Shown here: in pieces, positions 10,477 through 20,343 of the stretch
How the letters are laid out: every line of letters starts with the position of its first letter
Position numbering within the stretch: the stretch's first letter is position 1
Notes under the pieces: model-generated
What the model saw: only the letters and a program-made list of their open reading frames with translations
Databases searched by the model: none
Told to the model about the DNA's origin: nothing
Made by a program: the position numbers and the translations under genes
Source: Candidatus Bathyarchaeia archaeon
Lineage (GTDB): Archaea; Thermoproteota; Bathyarchaeia; Bathyarchaeales; Bathycorpusculaceae
NCBI GenBank assembly: GCA_050012755.1
Contig: JBEKGO010000007.1
Span: forward strand, 1-64,000
DNA length: 64,000 nt
Reading direction: 5' to 3'

Positions 10477-10507
10477 AGTCAAGAAACCTTGACTAAAATC
10501 AGTCAAG
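10477..10507. promoter_or_regulatory. palindrome AGTCAAG-N4-CTTGACT plus a third AGTCAAG half-site
   Basis: agtcaag-aaac-cttgact at 10477-10494 and agtcaag at 10501, just upstream of a TATA-like ttttatc and the 10556 gene. Confidence 0.4.
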
Positions 10508-10555
10508 AGAGCTTTACGAGAAGCCTTTTATCAGAAGCTCATTCCAGATGTTATC

Positions 10556-11371
10556 ATGGGAAGTATCAGCAAAAGTTTTGCATTAGTTCTAATTCTAATA
10601 GTGGCTATCTCAAGTCTAACTCTGTTGACGGCTAAACCTGCAAGTGCTCAAACTGCAACCCCTACGCCTTCTCCTGTGCCTATACCCACACCCTCCCTTC
10701 CACAGTTCAATTTGCGATATGTCAATTCATCTTATAGAATAACCACAACCGATCCATACACTGGAACAAACATAGTCAACATATACCTAAACGACACAAT
10801 AGAAGTCATTGTTACGAATCAGCCTTTCAACCAAGCCAACGCAAATGGCAACGCTTTATACTATCAAGTGGCTGAAAAAGGACATTTCAGTGATGAATGG
10901 AGCCAATCAACGATTTATCCTGCATCAAGTTCTCAATACACCATAGTTGATTTAGGATTTGCATCGGAAAACGGCTCATACAGCTCCTTCAAGATACAGG
11001 ATAACATTCCAGTTGGCGGTCAAGTAGACATAACGGTAATAGCGGAAATAGGCTATTTCACCACAGTTCCTTATTATCCCCCTGGAGATACAAGCATCCC
11101 TATGGGAACTACCCAAGTTTTTAATGGCAAATCAAGCGGTTGGAATACTCCTTTAACAATAAGCATACCAGATGGCTCCGTTTCAGCATCTTCCTCAAGT
11201 CCACCAGCTAACCCAATACCTACTTCAACTCAATCAACGCCTTCTACAATAACAAGTTCAACTTCTCCAACACCCACGATTCCGGAGTTTCCATCTTGGA
11301 CAATTCCAGTACTGGCTTTCATAATAACGTCTGCTGGTTTGTTGGTTTACTTCAAGAAACACAAGCGATAA
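10556..11371 (+). CDS. secreted surface protein with PEF-CTERM-like sorting signal
   Basis: Signal peptide, Ser/Thr/Pro-rich linkers, C-terminal IPEFP + TM + KKHKR. Confidence 0.85.
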   Translation: MGSISKSFALVLILIVAISSLTLLTAKPASAQTATPTPSPVPIPTPSLPQFNLRYVNSSYRITTTDPYTGTNIVNIYLNDTIEVIVTNQPFNQANANGNALYYQVAEKGHFSDEWSQSTIYPASSSQYTIVDLGFASENGSYSSFKIQDNIPVGGQVDITVIAEIGYFTTVPYYPPGDTSIPMGTTQVFNGKSSGWNTPLTISIPDGSVSASSSSPPANPIPTSTQSTPSTITSSTSPTPTIPEFPSWTIPVLAFIITSAGLLVYFKKHKR

Positions 11372-11734
11372 CCATTGAAAAACCAGAACGAACCTCCTCT
11401 ACTTCTTTGGCAATTTAGTAACTGTGGAATTAGCACCGCATCCTACTTCTAAACTTCAGAAAGAAGAATAAACCTACATGGTGCACCCTTCTTCTGCTTT
11501 TGACTTGATTCGCAGTTGGCGGTTTTTGAAAAGTTTCGATGTTCTTTCTATTTCTCTCACAAGTTGACTCTATAGGTCAAGAGTTGATACAGTATGTAGT
11601 ACAGTTTGATGTACAGTAGTCAGATGATATGTTCTTTCTTCTTTTGACCTTCTTGATTTGTTCCATAAAAAAACTGAAGTGCAATTCGAATTCTTATTTA
11701 CAAGCTTCACATCTGTTCTAATGCGTGAAAAATA

Positions 11735-13087
11735 TTGATCAAAGATGCCTGGACAATCGCCATAGAAACTCTAAGCTGGATGGAAAAGGAAAAACTAAGC
11801 GAACGCTTAGCCCTAGCAAGAACCGTCAAGCAGCTCAATGTAAAAGATTCAAACGCCATACGGTACGCCTACGGATTAGTGGTTGAAACAACAAGGCGAA
11901 AAAATCTCATAGACAAATTCGTCAACACAATAGTGTCTCCCAAAAAAATTAGTGAGTACAATTTAGGCATCCAATCTTTCCTTCGGCTCTATGTTTACCA
12001 AACCCGCGTTACCAAAAATTGGGTGAAAATTAACATTCAAGAAGCATCTCAAATCGCCAGTTTAGGTAGGGCAATTCTCGGATGGGAAAATCTCCGTGAG
12101 GTTGAGCCGTTTTTGGGTTTTATGCTTACACGTCAGTTGAAGCCGATTTTGAAGTCTGCGACTGAGGTGGAGAGGGTTAGCTTGCAGACTTTTCATCCCT
12201 CATGGTTCGTAAAATACTGTTACAAACTTATGGGACGCGATGAGGCAATTGCGTTTTTGGAAGGAAGTGTAACTCTGCCTCCCACATATATCCGACTTAA
12301 TACTTTGACGGCAAAAGAAGAGGAAATCCTACAGAAACTCGATGCAGAGGGCGTTAAATTAGAAAAAGTTCAGGCGTTAAAATACACCTACAAAATAGTA
12401 GAAATGAAACACCCATTAAACACGTTACTCAGCTACAAAGAAGGCTTATTCTACATACAAGACAAAGCAAGCTGCTTCGCTGCAGAAGCCGCAGACCCCA
12501 AGCCAGGCAACACAGTGTTCGATGTTTGTGCTGCACCAGGAGCGAAAACTACGTATTTAGCCCAGTTAATGCAGAATAATGGCGCAATCTACTCGGTGGA
12601 TTTTTCAAATCGAAGAATGAAAGTGTGGAAAAAAGAGACCGCCCGAATGGGAACCAAAATTGCTCAGCCAGTAAACGCTGACGCATGTGCTACATTACCA
12701 TTTGATGTAAAAGCTGATTTGGTGATTCTGGACCCGCCCTGCACAAGCACAGGTATCTTTGCCAAACAACCCTCAGCGAAATGGCGACTTCGTCCTAAAT
12801 CAGTTGAGAAAATGGCGGCTATCCAGTGGAAAATGATTGATAGCTGCGCAGAGAAAGTAGCCTCAGGCGGCACATTAACCTATTCTACCTGCAGCATAAC
12901 AATGGAAGAGAACGAAATGATAATTGAGCGGTTCCTAAAGGTACATCCAGAATTTGCCTTAGCGGAAATTGAGCCTAAGATCGGGTTGCCTGGATTGCGA
13001 GAACTAACAAAATGCCAAAGGCTTTACCCGCATATTCATCAATGCAACGGCTTCTTCATAGCGAAGCTCAGAAAAAATGACGCCTAA
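11735..13087 (+). CDS. RsmB/NOP2 family RNA m5C methyltransferase
   Basis: QDKAS, DVCAAPGAKT, LDPPCT, YSTCS..EENE. Confidence 0.93.
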   Translation: MIKDAWTIAIETLSWMEKEKLSERLALARTVKQLNVKDSNAIRYAYGLVVETTRRKNLIDKFVNTIVSPKKISEYNLGIQSFLRLYVYQTRVTKNWVKINIQEASQIASLGRAILGWENLREVEPFLGFMLTRQLKPILKSATEVERVSLQTFHPSWFVKYCYKLMGRDEAIAFLEGSVTLPPTYIRLNTLTAKEEEILQKLDAEGVKLEKVQALKYTYKIVEMKHPLNTLLSYKEGLFYIQDKASCFAAEAADPKPGNTVFDVCAAPGAKTTYLAQLMQNNGAIYSVDFSNRRMKVWKKETARMGTKIAQPVNADACATLPFDVKADLVILDPPCTSTGIFAKQPSAKWRLRPKSVEKMAAIQWKMIDSCAEKVASGGTLTYSTCSITMEENEMIIERFLKVHPEFALAEIEPKIGLPGLRELTKCQRLYPHIHQCNGFFIAKLRKNDA

Positions 13088-13091
13088 ACAC

Positions 13092-13277
13092 TTATTCTTC
13101 ATCAAAAATGAAAACGTCTTCAATCTTGGAACCCAAGGCTTTCGCTACATCATGCGCTAGCTTAAGCGAAGGGTTATACTTGCCTTTCTCTAAGAAAAGT
13201 ATTGTTTCTCTTCTTGCACCTACTTTTTGAGCAAGTTGCTCCTGTGTAATATGATTTTTTTCTCTCAACTCTTTCAT
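13092..13277 (-). CDS. XRE-family HTH regulator
   Basis: [26 protein letters not shown]. Confidence 0.9.
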   Translation of the reverse strand: MKELREKNHITQEQLAQKVGARRETILFLEKGKYNPSLKLAHDVAKALGSKIEDVFIFDEE

Positions 13278-13298
13278 CCGAGTCTTAAACGGGATGTT

Positions 13299-13646
13299 TT
13301 AGTCTCCTCTCAAATCATAATAGACAAATGACACCGTAAAGCTCAGCAGAGCTGCAACTGGGATCGCGACAGAAACCAGGAAGAAACTATCGAAAGTTCT
13401 TAAAAATGCAATGTTAAACATAGTGGGAATCAGAAAAACGAAAAATGCGTTTCTCGAGGCTTGGGTAACGTTTTTTCCCCACCGTTCATCGCTCAAGATT
13501 GTTCCTTCTTTGGTTGTTGGTCTGGCATAAGCGAAAAAGAAGAACAACATAAAGAGCATGTACAAATAGTAATGTCCGGAAATGAGTCCTAAAAAACCGG
13601 CGAACCCAAAAAACCCGAAATATCTTTGATTTAGGTTTATTTTCAT
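13299..13646 (-). CDS. small membrane protein (DUF3796-like)
   Basis: GFFGFAGFLG, DER...N...ASRNAF; upstream of the XRE gene. Confidence 0.7.
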   Translation of the reverse strand: MKINLNQRYFGFFGFAGFLGLISGHYYLYMLFMLFFFFAYARPTTKEGTILSDERWGKNVTQASRNAFFVFLIPTMFNIAFLRTFDSFFLVSVAIPVAALLSFTVSFVYYDLRGD

Positions 13647-13652
13647 TCGCTT

Positions 13653-13949
13653 TTACACCCTTATTACGCCGATAATTCCAAGTGGAGCCAGGATTAAACC
13701 TGTCAATCCCAAGAGCCCCAACCATTTGAGTTCATCTTTCCACTGTCTAAACTCCGAAAAAATAACAAAAAAACAGAAGAAAAACAGATACCAAGCGTTG
13801 TGGTATTCGAACGCCTGAAAGGCTTCAAAACCGATAAAGCCAAAAAAACCTGGAAATCCAGATAACGCTTTTCTCATTCCTTGCGTTCTATATTGTCCTG
13901 AGTTTTGTAGCAAAGACTTGGTTTGCTTGACTCTTTGCATGATTATCAC
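13653..13949 (-). CDS. small membrane protein
   Basis: GFPGFFGFIG motif resembling its neighbour; same operon. Confidence 0.55.
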   Translation of the reverse strand: MIIMQRVKQTKSLLQNSGQYRTQGMRKALSGFPGFFGFIGFEAFQAFEYHNAWYLFFFCFFVIFSEFRQWKDELKWLGLLGLTGLILAPLGIIGVIRV

Positions 13950-14102
13950 CGCAATGTTATATATTTCTAACGTTATGTATTTCTAACTATAAATATAAGC
14001 TTTGCCCAAAAGACACGAGGATTCCTCAAGTTAAACACAGCCTGTTTCTACAAATAAGAAAATCAGTGCAGAGCAACAATTTTTGCTTGTGAAATCGTTT
14101 TT

Positions 14103-14702
14103 CTAAGAAGTCCCGAAATCTCCAAGTTTTCTTTGAGGCGTTTCCTTCGCAAATAAGGGGTAGGTGATTTGGTTTCCTTCTACATGCGCCATCTCGTTGA
14201 GTTCGTGGTTCAGACGGCTGGTTGCGCTTATGATGTGCTCTACTTTTATGTGCCGTACCACTAATGCGTCTGAGATTAGGCTTCGGTGACACCGCCAGGG
14301 CAAGGCTTCAGCACACATCAACGCCAAACAGTTTTCCCGTGCAAGCGCGATGATTTTTAGCAGGTTGTCGGTGAACTCTTGGGTTTGCATGTAGTCTGCG
14401 TAGCCTCGGAAACTGCTGTTTCGCCATGCCAAATTTATGGAGTCACGTTTTGGATGGCGTAAGCCGCCGATGTCTGGCATGTGAATGTATTTTATGCCGT
14501 AGGATGTGAAAGTGTTTGGAAGGGTTTCCTTGTTAAATTGGGGGTTATGTCTGCTACGAGGAACTGTTCGAACATCTACAAGCATGGTGACGCCGTTGGT
14601 TTTAAGCAACTCAACAAACTCATCAATTGTTCTAGTGGAATGACCGATTGTAAAGATAGTTAAGTGCTGATCCTTAGCCAAACAGAGACCTTCAAGTACC
14701 AT
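14103..14702 (-). CDS. DUF488 family protein
   Basis: IFTIGHSTR, LVDVR..PRSRHNPQF, MCAE..PWRCHR. Confidence 0.9.
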   Translation of the reverse strand: MVLEGLCLAKDQHLTIFTIGHSTRTIDEFVELLKTNGVTMLVDVRTVPRSRHNPQFNKETLPNTFTSYGIKYIHMPDIGGLRHPKRDSINLAWRNSSFRGYADYMQTQEFTDNLLKIIALARENCLALMCAEALPWRCHRSLISDALVVRHIKVEHIISATSRLNHELNEMAHVEGNQITYPLFAKETPQRKLGDFGTS

Positions 14703-14850
14703 TATGTTGGGTTAAAATATAAGAATCCAATGCTGACCTTTTTTGATAGAGTGCGTGTCTTAAAACATGTGTGTTTCACTTTTTTTGTGTTTTGTGTTTC
14801 AGTTTGCTTTTTGAATTTAGGGCTTGTTTTGTTTGCAGGTTGCGGCTTTA

Positions 14851-14920
14851 AATGTAAGAAAATGTAAGAATCTGTAAAAAATGTAAGAAAAAGGAAGAAA
14901 ACAGAAGAAAAAGGAAAAGA
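14851..14920. repeat. ~10-bp low-complexity tandem repeats (AATGTAAGAA-like)
   Basis: aatgtaagaa aatgtaagaa tctgtaaaaa atgtaagaaa aaggaagaaa acagaagaaa. Confidence 0.55.
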
Positions 14921-15004
14921 CAGGTTGGTTTATAGTGTCCCTAATCAGTTATTGACAGTTTTTGTGCAGTTTTTGTTCTTTGTATTTTGGGTTGCTCTTT
15001 TGTT

Positions 15005-15907
15005 TTAAAACTTAGTTTTTGATTTTTCCAGTCGGCATAGCATTTCGAACATTACTTTTGCTGCTACTGCTGCTGATATTCCTTGGTCGTAAATTGGCGC
15101 AATCTCCAGCGCGTCAAAGCCTATCACGCGTTTATCGCATAATACGCAGACAAGGTCCAGCAGGTCGTGTGTAGTTATTCCTTCAGGCTCAGGATTCTGC
15201 ACTGCAGGAACAAACGCTGGATCGAGCACATCCATATCTACTGTCAAGTACAAGTTGTCGAAACAGGCTAGCTTCTCTTTTAACTGTTCAGCAATCTGTT
15301 CTGATCCCTTTTTGATGATTTCTTGAGAAGTGAAAAATTCTACGTCTGCCTTCTTGGCGTAAGCCAATTCTTCTTTGCAAACTGCGCGGGTTCCCACTTC
15401 AACTATTTTAGCTGGCTTCACTTCCTTATTTATTAGCTGCATAAATGTCGTGTGAGATAACGAAGAGCCCAAGAATTCACTTCGCAAATCTAAATGAGCA
15501 TCAAAACTTACCACCGCTGTCTTCGCTACTTTAGCTCCCAAACCTTTGGCAACCCCAAGTGTAATGGTGTGTTCGCCACCTAAAACCACGGGCATTTTGC
15601 CAGCGGCTAAAATATCTTCAACCACAAGGCGGGTCATATCAACCGTTTTGGCGGCGTCGGGTGAAACATGCAAGTCTCCGGCATCATAGATTGCTAAATC
15701 CTCGATGCCAATTCCGCTACGGAAACTGTAGGTTTCAATATTGAGAGAAGCTTGTCTAATCGAGTTAGGTCCAAATCTTGCACCCGTCCTATAGCTGCTT
15801 GTCAAATCAAAGGGAACGCCGAAAATAACGTATTTTGATTTCTCGAATGATTTTTGCATGCCGCTGAAAACGTTTGTTTGTGAAGTATACAATTCAAGGT
15901 AACTCAT
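15005..15907 (-). CDS. speB: agmatinase
   Basis: GGEHTIT, FDAHLD, DMDVLDP arginase-family Mn-binding motifs. Confidence 0.92.
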   Translation of the reverse strand: MSYLELYTSQTNVFSGMQKSFEKSKYVIFGVPFDLTSSYRTGARFGPNSIRQASLNIETYSFRSGIGIEDLAIYDAGDLHVSPDAAKTVDMTRLVVEDILAAGKMPVVLGGEHTITLGVAKGLGAKVAKTAVVSFDAHLDLRSEFLGSSLSHTTFMQLINKEVKPAKIVEVGTRAVCKEELAYAKKADVEFFTSQEIIKKGSEQIAEQLKEKLACFDNLYLTVDMDVLDPAFVPAVQNPEPEGITTHDLLDLVCVLCDKRVIGFDALEIAPIYDQGISAAVAAKVMFEMLCRLEKSKTKF

Positions 15908-16026
15908 TAGGCAATTTCAATCCTTGCTTCGTATTTTGTTTAAGATGCTCTAAACTCTTTCGCTCAAGCAAGATACATTAAATTTATTAGTGATTCTTAT
16001 ACTGCATAGGGTAAAGGCGAACAAAA

Positions 16027-16377
16027 GTGACTTTAGCAACCCAACTGAAAAGTTTCAAGCGAATAGAATTAGCAGCATTACTCTTCTATGTAGTCACGGG
16101 CATAATCTTTCTTGTTTTTCTGCCATTGAGCAATTTTGCTCCTCAGCTAGGTTTGCTTGGCATTCTAAGTTTAATTGTAGCTTTCGGTCTTTTTACAAAA
16201 CGGGGCTGGGCTCCATGGTTATTGTTCGTCTTATTTGTTGCAGCTTCAGCCTTTTCGATTTTTACTTTATCTGCAGCAGGATTGAGCAATCCACTTTTAG
16301 GCGTAGGTCTGATTGCTTTCGTTGCGCTCACATGGCTGTTTGGCGTTTACATCTTTTTGAGAAGAAAAACACCTTAA
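16027..16377 (+). CDS. 4-TM membrane protein
   Basis: Four hydrophobic segments; fills the gap between speB and moeA. Confidence 0.75.
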   Translation: MTLATQLKSFKRIELAALLFYVVTGIIFLVFLPLSNFAPQLGLLGILSLIVAFGLFTKRGWAPWLLFVLFVAASAFSIFTLSAAGLSNPLLGVGLIAFVALTWLFGVYIFLRRKTP

Positions 16378-17621
16378 ACTTTACCAGAACTGCGAAAAAG
16401 AACAACTGCGACCTCGGAATTTGCATCTACAAATTGTTCATTTTCTGGAATCTCAACAAATCCATCAGCGTTAGCCAAAGTAGTGATTGCTCCAGAAGCT
16501 CCGGTTTCCACAGGTTCAGCAAGCAACCGACAATCTTTGTCAAATTCTAACTTAACCATGACAAACGTTCGTCTACCTTTAGCACTAAACATCCGTGACC
16601 CTGCAAAAGCCCTCACCATTTTCATTGGAGCTACTGCTCTGCCAGCTAACCGCTGAATTAGAGGCCTAGCAAGCAAATAGAATATGAGCAATGCAGATGT
16701 GGGGTGACCGGGTAGCGAAAATACAGGTTTATCTCCAACAAACCCAACGGTTGTGGGTTTGCCAGGTTTGACTGAAATGCCGTAAACAATTATTCCAGGC
16801 TTCCCTAGAGAATCAAAAATTTGCGGAGTGTAGTCATGTGGACCAACGGAGACGCCTCCTGAAGTAATCACCATATCTGATGAAGCCAAAGCAGTGTGCA
16901 TAATCTTCGATAAAGCCGTTTTATCATCAGGAACAACCCCGAAGTAAACAGGTTTGCCTCCGCTTTCAATTACTGCAGTACTTAGGCTGTAAGCGTTAAT
17001 GTCATAAATCTTTCCTGCTGGCAAAGGCTTTCCTGGCTCAGTTACTTCACCGCCTGTGGACAAAACCGCTACTATTGGTATTTTTAGGACTTTAACCTTA
17101 GTTAAGCCCAAAGCGGCTAAAACACCTATCTCTGGAGAGCCCAGAACTTGCCCTTTTTTCAGCACTAGAGCGTCTTTCTTCAGGTCAGAGCCTTTCTTCA
17201 TAACATTCTCATTCACGTTGACACCGCTGAAGACACGCAGTTCGTCCCCCTCTCTCTCAGTGTCTTCAACCATTACCGCTGCATCTGCACCTTCAGGAAT
17301 TGGTGCGCCAGTTACTATTTCGACAGCTTCACCCTTAACCAAAACCACCTTCGGTAGCTCGCCGATATTCACCATTCCAGAAACCTTCAAAATTGCAGGT
17401 TGGTTTTCGTCTGCTCCAAAAGTGTCCTCGGCTTTCACGGCGTAACCATCAACGGTTGAACGGTTAAACGGCGGGATATCAAGCGTTGAAACTATGTCTT
17501 CGTTGAGCACGCGATTGTAAGCTTCAAGCAGCACTGTTTCTTCTTCACCTAAAAATACAGGTTTGAATTGGTCTCCAATTGCTTTTTGTGCTTCATCAAA
17601 CGTCATAAGCTTCCTAAACAC
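16374..17621 (-). CDS. moeA: molybdopterin molybdotransferase MoeA
   Basis: PPFNRSTVDGYA, TSGGVSVG, KPGKP, LPGHP. Confidence 0.95.
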   Translation of the reverse strand: MFRKLMTFDEAQKAIGDQFKPVFLGEEETVLLEAYNRVLNEDIVSTLDIPPFNRSTVDGYAVKAEDTFGADENQPAILKVSGMVNIGELPKVVLVKGEAVEIVTGAPIPEGADAAVMVEDTEREGDELRVFSGVNVNENVMKKGSDLKKDALVLKKGQVLGSPEIGVLAALGLTKVKVLKIPIVAVLSTGGEVTEPGKPLPAGKIYDINAYSLSTAVIESGGKPVYFGVVPDDKTALSKIMHTALASSDMVITSGGVSVGPHDYTPQIFDSLGKPGIIVYGISVKPGKPTTVGFVGDKPVFSLPGHPTSALLIFYLLARPLIQRLAGRAVAPMKMVRAFAGSRMFSAKGRRTFVMVKLEFDKDCRLLAEPVETGASGAITTLANADGFVEIPENEQFVDANSEVAVVLFRSSGKV

Positions 17622-18863
17622 TCAGGATTCAACCTCCACACCGCCAAACATGTGCACAACTACCGTTTCGCCTTCAGTGACGCCTTCCCGGTTTTCATCT
17701 ACAATCACAAACCCGTTGCTCTGCGTCATGGTAGATATTGATCCTGAACCTTTTGCACTAACTGGCTCAGCATAAAACTCCCCATCCTTCAGGGTTACTT
17801 TGACTCGGACATAGGTTTTTCTTCCAAGAACACTAGCAACCCTTCTCGCCAAAACCGCTTTCAACATTGGTCTTAGTTCTGTTTTACTCATTCCAAGCAT
17901 TCTGCAAACCATTGGTCTGCCGAACACTTCAAAACCAATTACTGAAGCCACAGGGTTACCTGATAAAATCAAAACAGGCTTGCCTTTCGAGATAGCAACA
18001 CCAGTCGGCATTGCCGGCCTAAGTGCGACGCCATGAACAATTACGCCAGGTTTACCAAGCTTGTTAACGGCATCAGGCACTAAGTCTAATCCTCCAACGC
18101 TTGTCCCACCTGTTGTGATTACAGCATCCTGCGTTTCTAAGGCTTTTTTGATTTTAGCGGCGATTTCATCTACATTATCTTTGGCTATGCCGAAGTCTGA
18201 GATTTCTGCACCAAGTTCTCTGCATTCAGCTGAAATCATAATTTTGTTTGAATCGTAAATGAGGTTTCCAGAAAGTTCAGTGCCCACTTCTGCAAGCTCA
18301 TTTCCAGTGGCTAAAATCCCGATTTTCGGTTTCTGAGCGACTTTTAATTGGCTATAACCTAATGCAGCAGCCAACCCAATGTGGTAGGGATTAATTCGAA
18401 CGCCAGCCTTTGCAACGATGAAGCCTTTTTTTACGTCCTCACCTGTCTTAGAAACATTTTCGCCTGGCGCAAGTTGACTCCAAACTTCCAGTTTCCCGTC
18501 CTGCATTTTGGTGTTTTCAATCATGACCACAGCGTTTGCGCCTTTTGGGATAGGATTTCCCGTCCAAACTTGCTTGGCCTGCTTGCTGGTTAATTCTTGT
18601 TTTTCGGTTGGTTGAAAAGTCGCTGGTTTAAACTGTGAAGCACCAGTTGAATCGACGGAGTTTAGGGCATATCCATCCATGGCGGATTTATCAAACCTAG
18701 GCAAAGCCTCCCTAGCAACTAAATCTTCTGCTAAAACACGACCTAACGCATCATGCAAAGAAACAACTGCGACTTTTGGAGCCCCAATCTGCAGTGCGCT
18801 AAGCCACATTTCCAGTGCTTTGTCAGTTAAAGTTAATTTTTGGAAGCCCTTGAGTTTCACCAA
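17622..18863 (-). CDS. moeA: molybdopterin molybdotransferase MoeA (paralog)
   Basis: PRFDKSAMDGYA, TGNEL, TTGGTSVG, LSGNP. Confidence 0.95.
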   Translation of the reverse strand: MVKLKGFQKLTLTDKALEMWLSALQIGAPKVAVVSLHDALGRVLAEDLVAREALPRFDKSAMDGYALNSVDSTGASQFKPATFQPTEKQELTSKQAKQVWTGNPIPKGANAVVMIENTKMQDGKLEVWSQLAPGENVSKTGEDVKKGFIVAKAGVRINPYHIGLAAALGYSQLKVAQKPKIGILATGNELAEVGTELSGNLIYDSNKIMISAECRELGAEISDFGIAKDNVDEIAAKIKKALETQDAVITTGGTSVGGLDLVPDAVNKLGKPGVIVHGVALRPAMPTGVAISKGKPVLILSGNPVASVIGFEVFGRPMVCRMLGMSKTELRPMLKAVLARRVASVLGRKTYVRVKVTLKDGEFYAEPVSAKGSGSISTMTQSNGFVIVDENREGVTEGETVVVHMFGGVEVES

Positions 18864-18924
18864 AATGGTCCCAGTACTGCACTAGCGATTTATCGTAAAA
18901 AACATATCGAAACAAAAAATGCTC

Positions 18925-19170
18925 TTATGATCGGGTCTCGTAGATTATGACTGAATCAACTTTTATCTGCATAACTAAGTCGTGCCCTTCAACTATTTTT
19001 CGTAGTGAACTCATGCTTTCTTTAGTAATGTTTGCTCTAATGTTAATGTGGTATCCTTGATAGAGTGGATACATCGCTTTCTGCGGAATCAACGCGATAG
19101 TGGCTCCGTCTAGGCTTGGGCACCTATCAACAATTTCTCTTAGAAGGATAGCAACTTCAGCAAATTTCAT
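18925..19170 (-). CDS. hypothetical protein
   Basis: 81-aa ATG ORF with GGGGT SD-like and TATA-like sequence upstream. Confidence 0.6.
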   Translation of the reverse strand: MKFAEVAILLREIVDRCPSLDGATIALIPQKAMYPLYQGYHINIRANITKESMSSLRKIVEGHDLVMQIKVDSVIIYETRS

Positions 19171-19296
19171 GACTTACCCCTATTTTATATATCTAATTTA
19201 ATCAAACCCTTATAATTCATTTTCTAATAAAGTTACTTTTTTTGTGAATAAGAGCATTCAGAAATAAAATTCAGCCATTTAATTCGTTGGTTAAAG

Positions 19297-19806
19297 TTAT
19301 TTTTTGTTTGCTTCTGTCGTCATTTTTTTGAGAAATTCCTTGATAGCTTCGGGTTGACCGTAGACTACTAGGCGTCCATCCTTTTGAGGGTTGACCGAGA
19401 GGCTGCTTTCTTTGGCGATTTGTTGTATTCGCTCTGTCGGTAGATTGCTGATTGGTTCTATTCGAATCCATTTTTGGTCTCTGGGAACATTGGTGATGAA
19501 CTTGTTTTCTTCCGTTTTTTCTTCACTGGTTTCGGCTGTAGCATCTTCTAAACGCCTAAGCCACTGATCAACGATTTCCGAGCCAAACGTTTTTTGTGCT
19601 TCATTGATAAGGTATGATTCAACATATCCGAGGTATTCTTCCACTTTTTGGGATACATCGCCTGTGCTGCCGGCTGATTCGGAAATTTTAATCATAAGTT
19701 TGGCGCTTCTCAAATCATTAATAACGTTCGGTGGTATGGTTACCTCTTTTTTCTTAAGCTCTATCATCAGGTCCTCAAGGATTTTCCAAGTTGCAGTGTG
19801 ACTCAT
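19297..19806 (-). CDS. DUF2096-like archaeal protein
   Basis: W..L..L..EL.K.....P......LR.AK N-terminus; E..L..VES.LI..A. Confidence 0.75.
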   Translation of the reverse strand: MSHTATWKILEDLMIELKKKEVTIPPNVINDLRSAKLMIKISESAGSTGDVSQKVEEYLGYVESYLINEAQKTFGSEIVDQWLRRLEDATAETSEEKTEENKFITNVPRDQKWIRIEPISNLPTERIQQIAKESSLSVNPQKDGRLVVYGQPEAIKEFLKKMTTEANKK

Positions 19807-19930
19807 GCTTTCTCCCTAATTATATAGTTGAAATGATGGCTATAAAATTTGGTTTTGGAAAGGAATAAATCAATATTCTTGCTGTTGTTTTTGTAGGAAG
19901 GTGCTATTTTTGTCTGCTGATAGAAAAGAC

Positions 19931-20004
19931 GGCTTTACCGATGTAAGCAATGTTCTTGGTGGCATGACCGCTGGACAAATCTCGGCTACCCAACAATAAA
20001 GTAG
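19931..20004 (+). pseudogene. rhodanese C-terminal remnant
   Basis: Reads GFTDVSNVLGGMTA-(1-nt deletion in W codon)-TNLGYPTIK*; upstream part degenerate. Confidence 0.55.
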
Positions 20005-20007
20005 CAT

Positions 20008-20331
20008 TCAGGTTATCCAATAAGAATAGACGGGCAATTTGTCGCCAAGCTCTCTTTTAAGGAAATTTCTTATCTCGTCATCTTCAATGCAGCGTGTTCC
20101 AGTTGCATCTTTGCGGATTGGAATCCCCGTTTCTCTTAACGAATCACCTTTGGGGAAATCTACGTAAACATAATAGTTTTTGGCTGGGATTATAAGCCGT
20201 AGGCTGGTGAACTCTCGGGTTTTTGAAATGCCAGTTTGCTCAATATTGTAAACTATCGAATCAGGTTTTAACTCGTTCACTAAACGCTTAAACTCTTCCC
20301 ACTTACTCACACGAACTAGTCTGTCACTCAA
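20008..20331 (-). CDS. hypothetical protein
   Basis: 107-aa ORF starting 12 nt after the ThyA-like stop. Confidence 0.75.
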   Translation of the reverse strand: MSDRLVRVSKWEEFKRLVNELKPDSIVYNIEQTGISKTREFTSLRLIIPAKNYYVYVDFPKGDSLRETGIPIRKDATGTRCIEDDEIRNFLKRELGDKLPVYSYWIT

Positions 20332-20343
20332 AATACTCGCCGA

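Noticed and set aside
16374-18863. Tandem moeA duplication as a novelty
   Set aside because: Two MoeA paralogs are common in archaea
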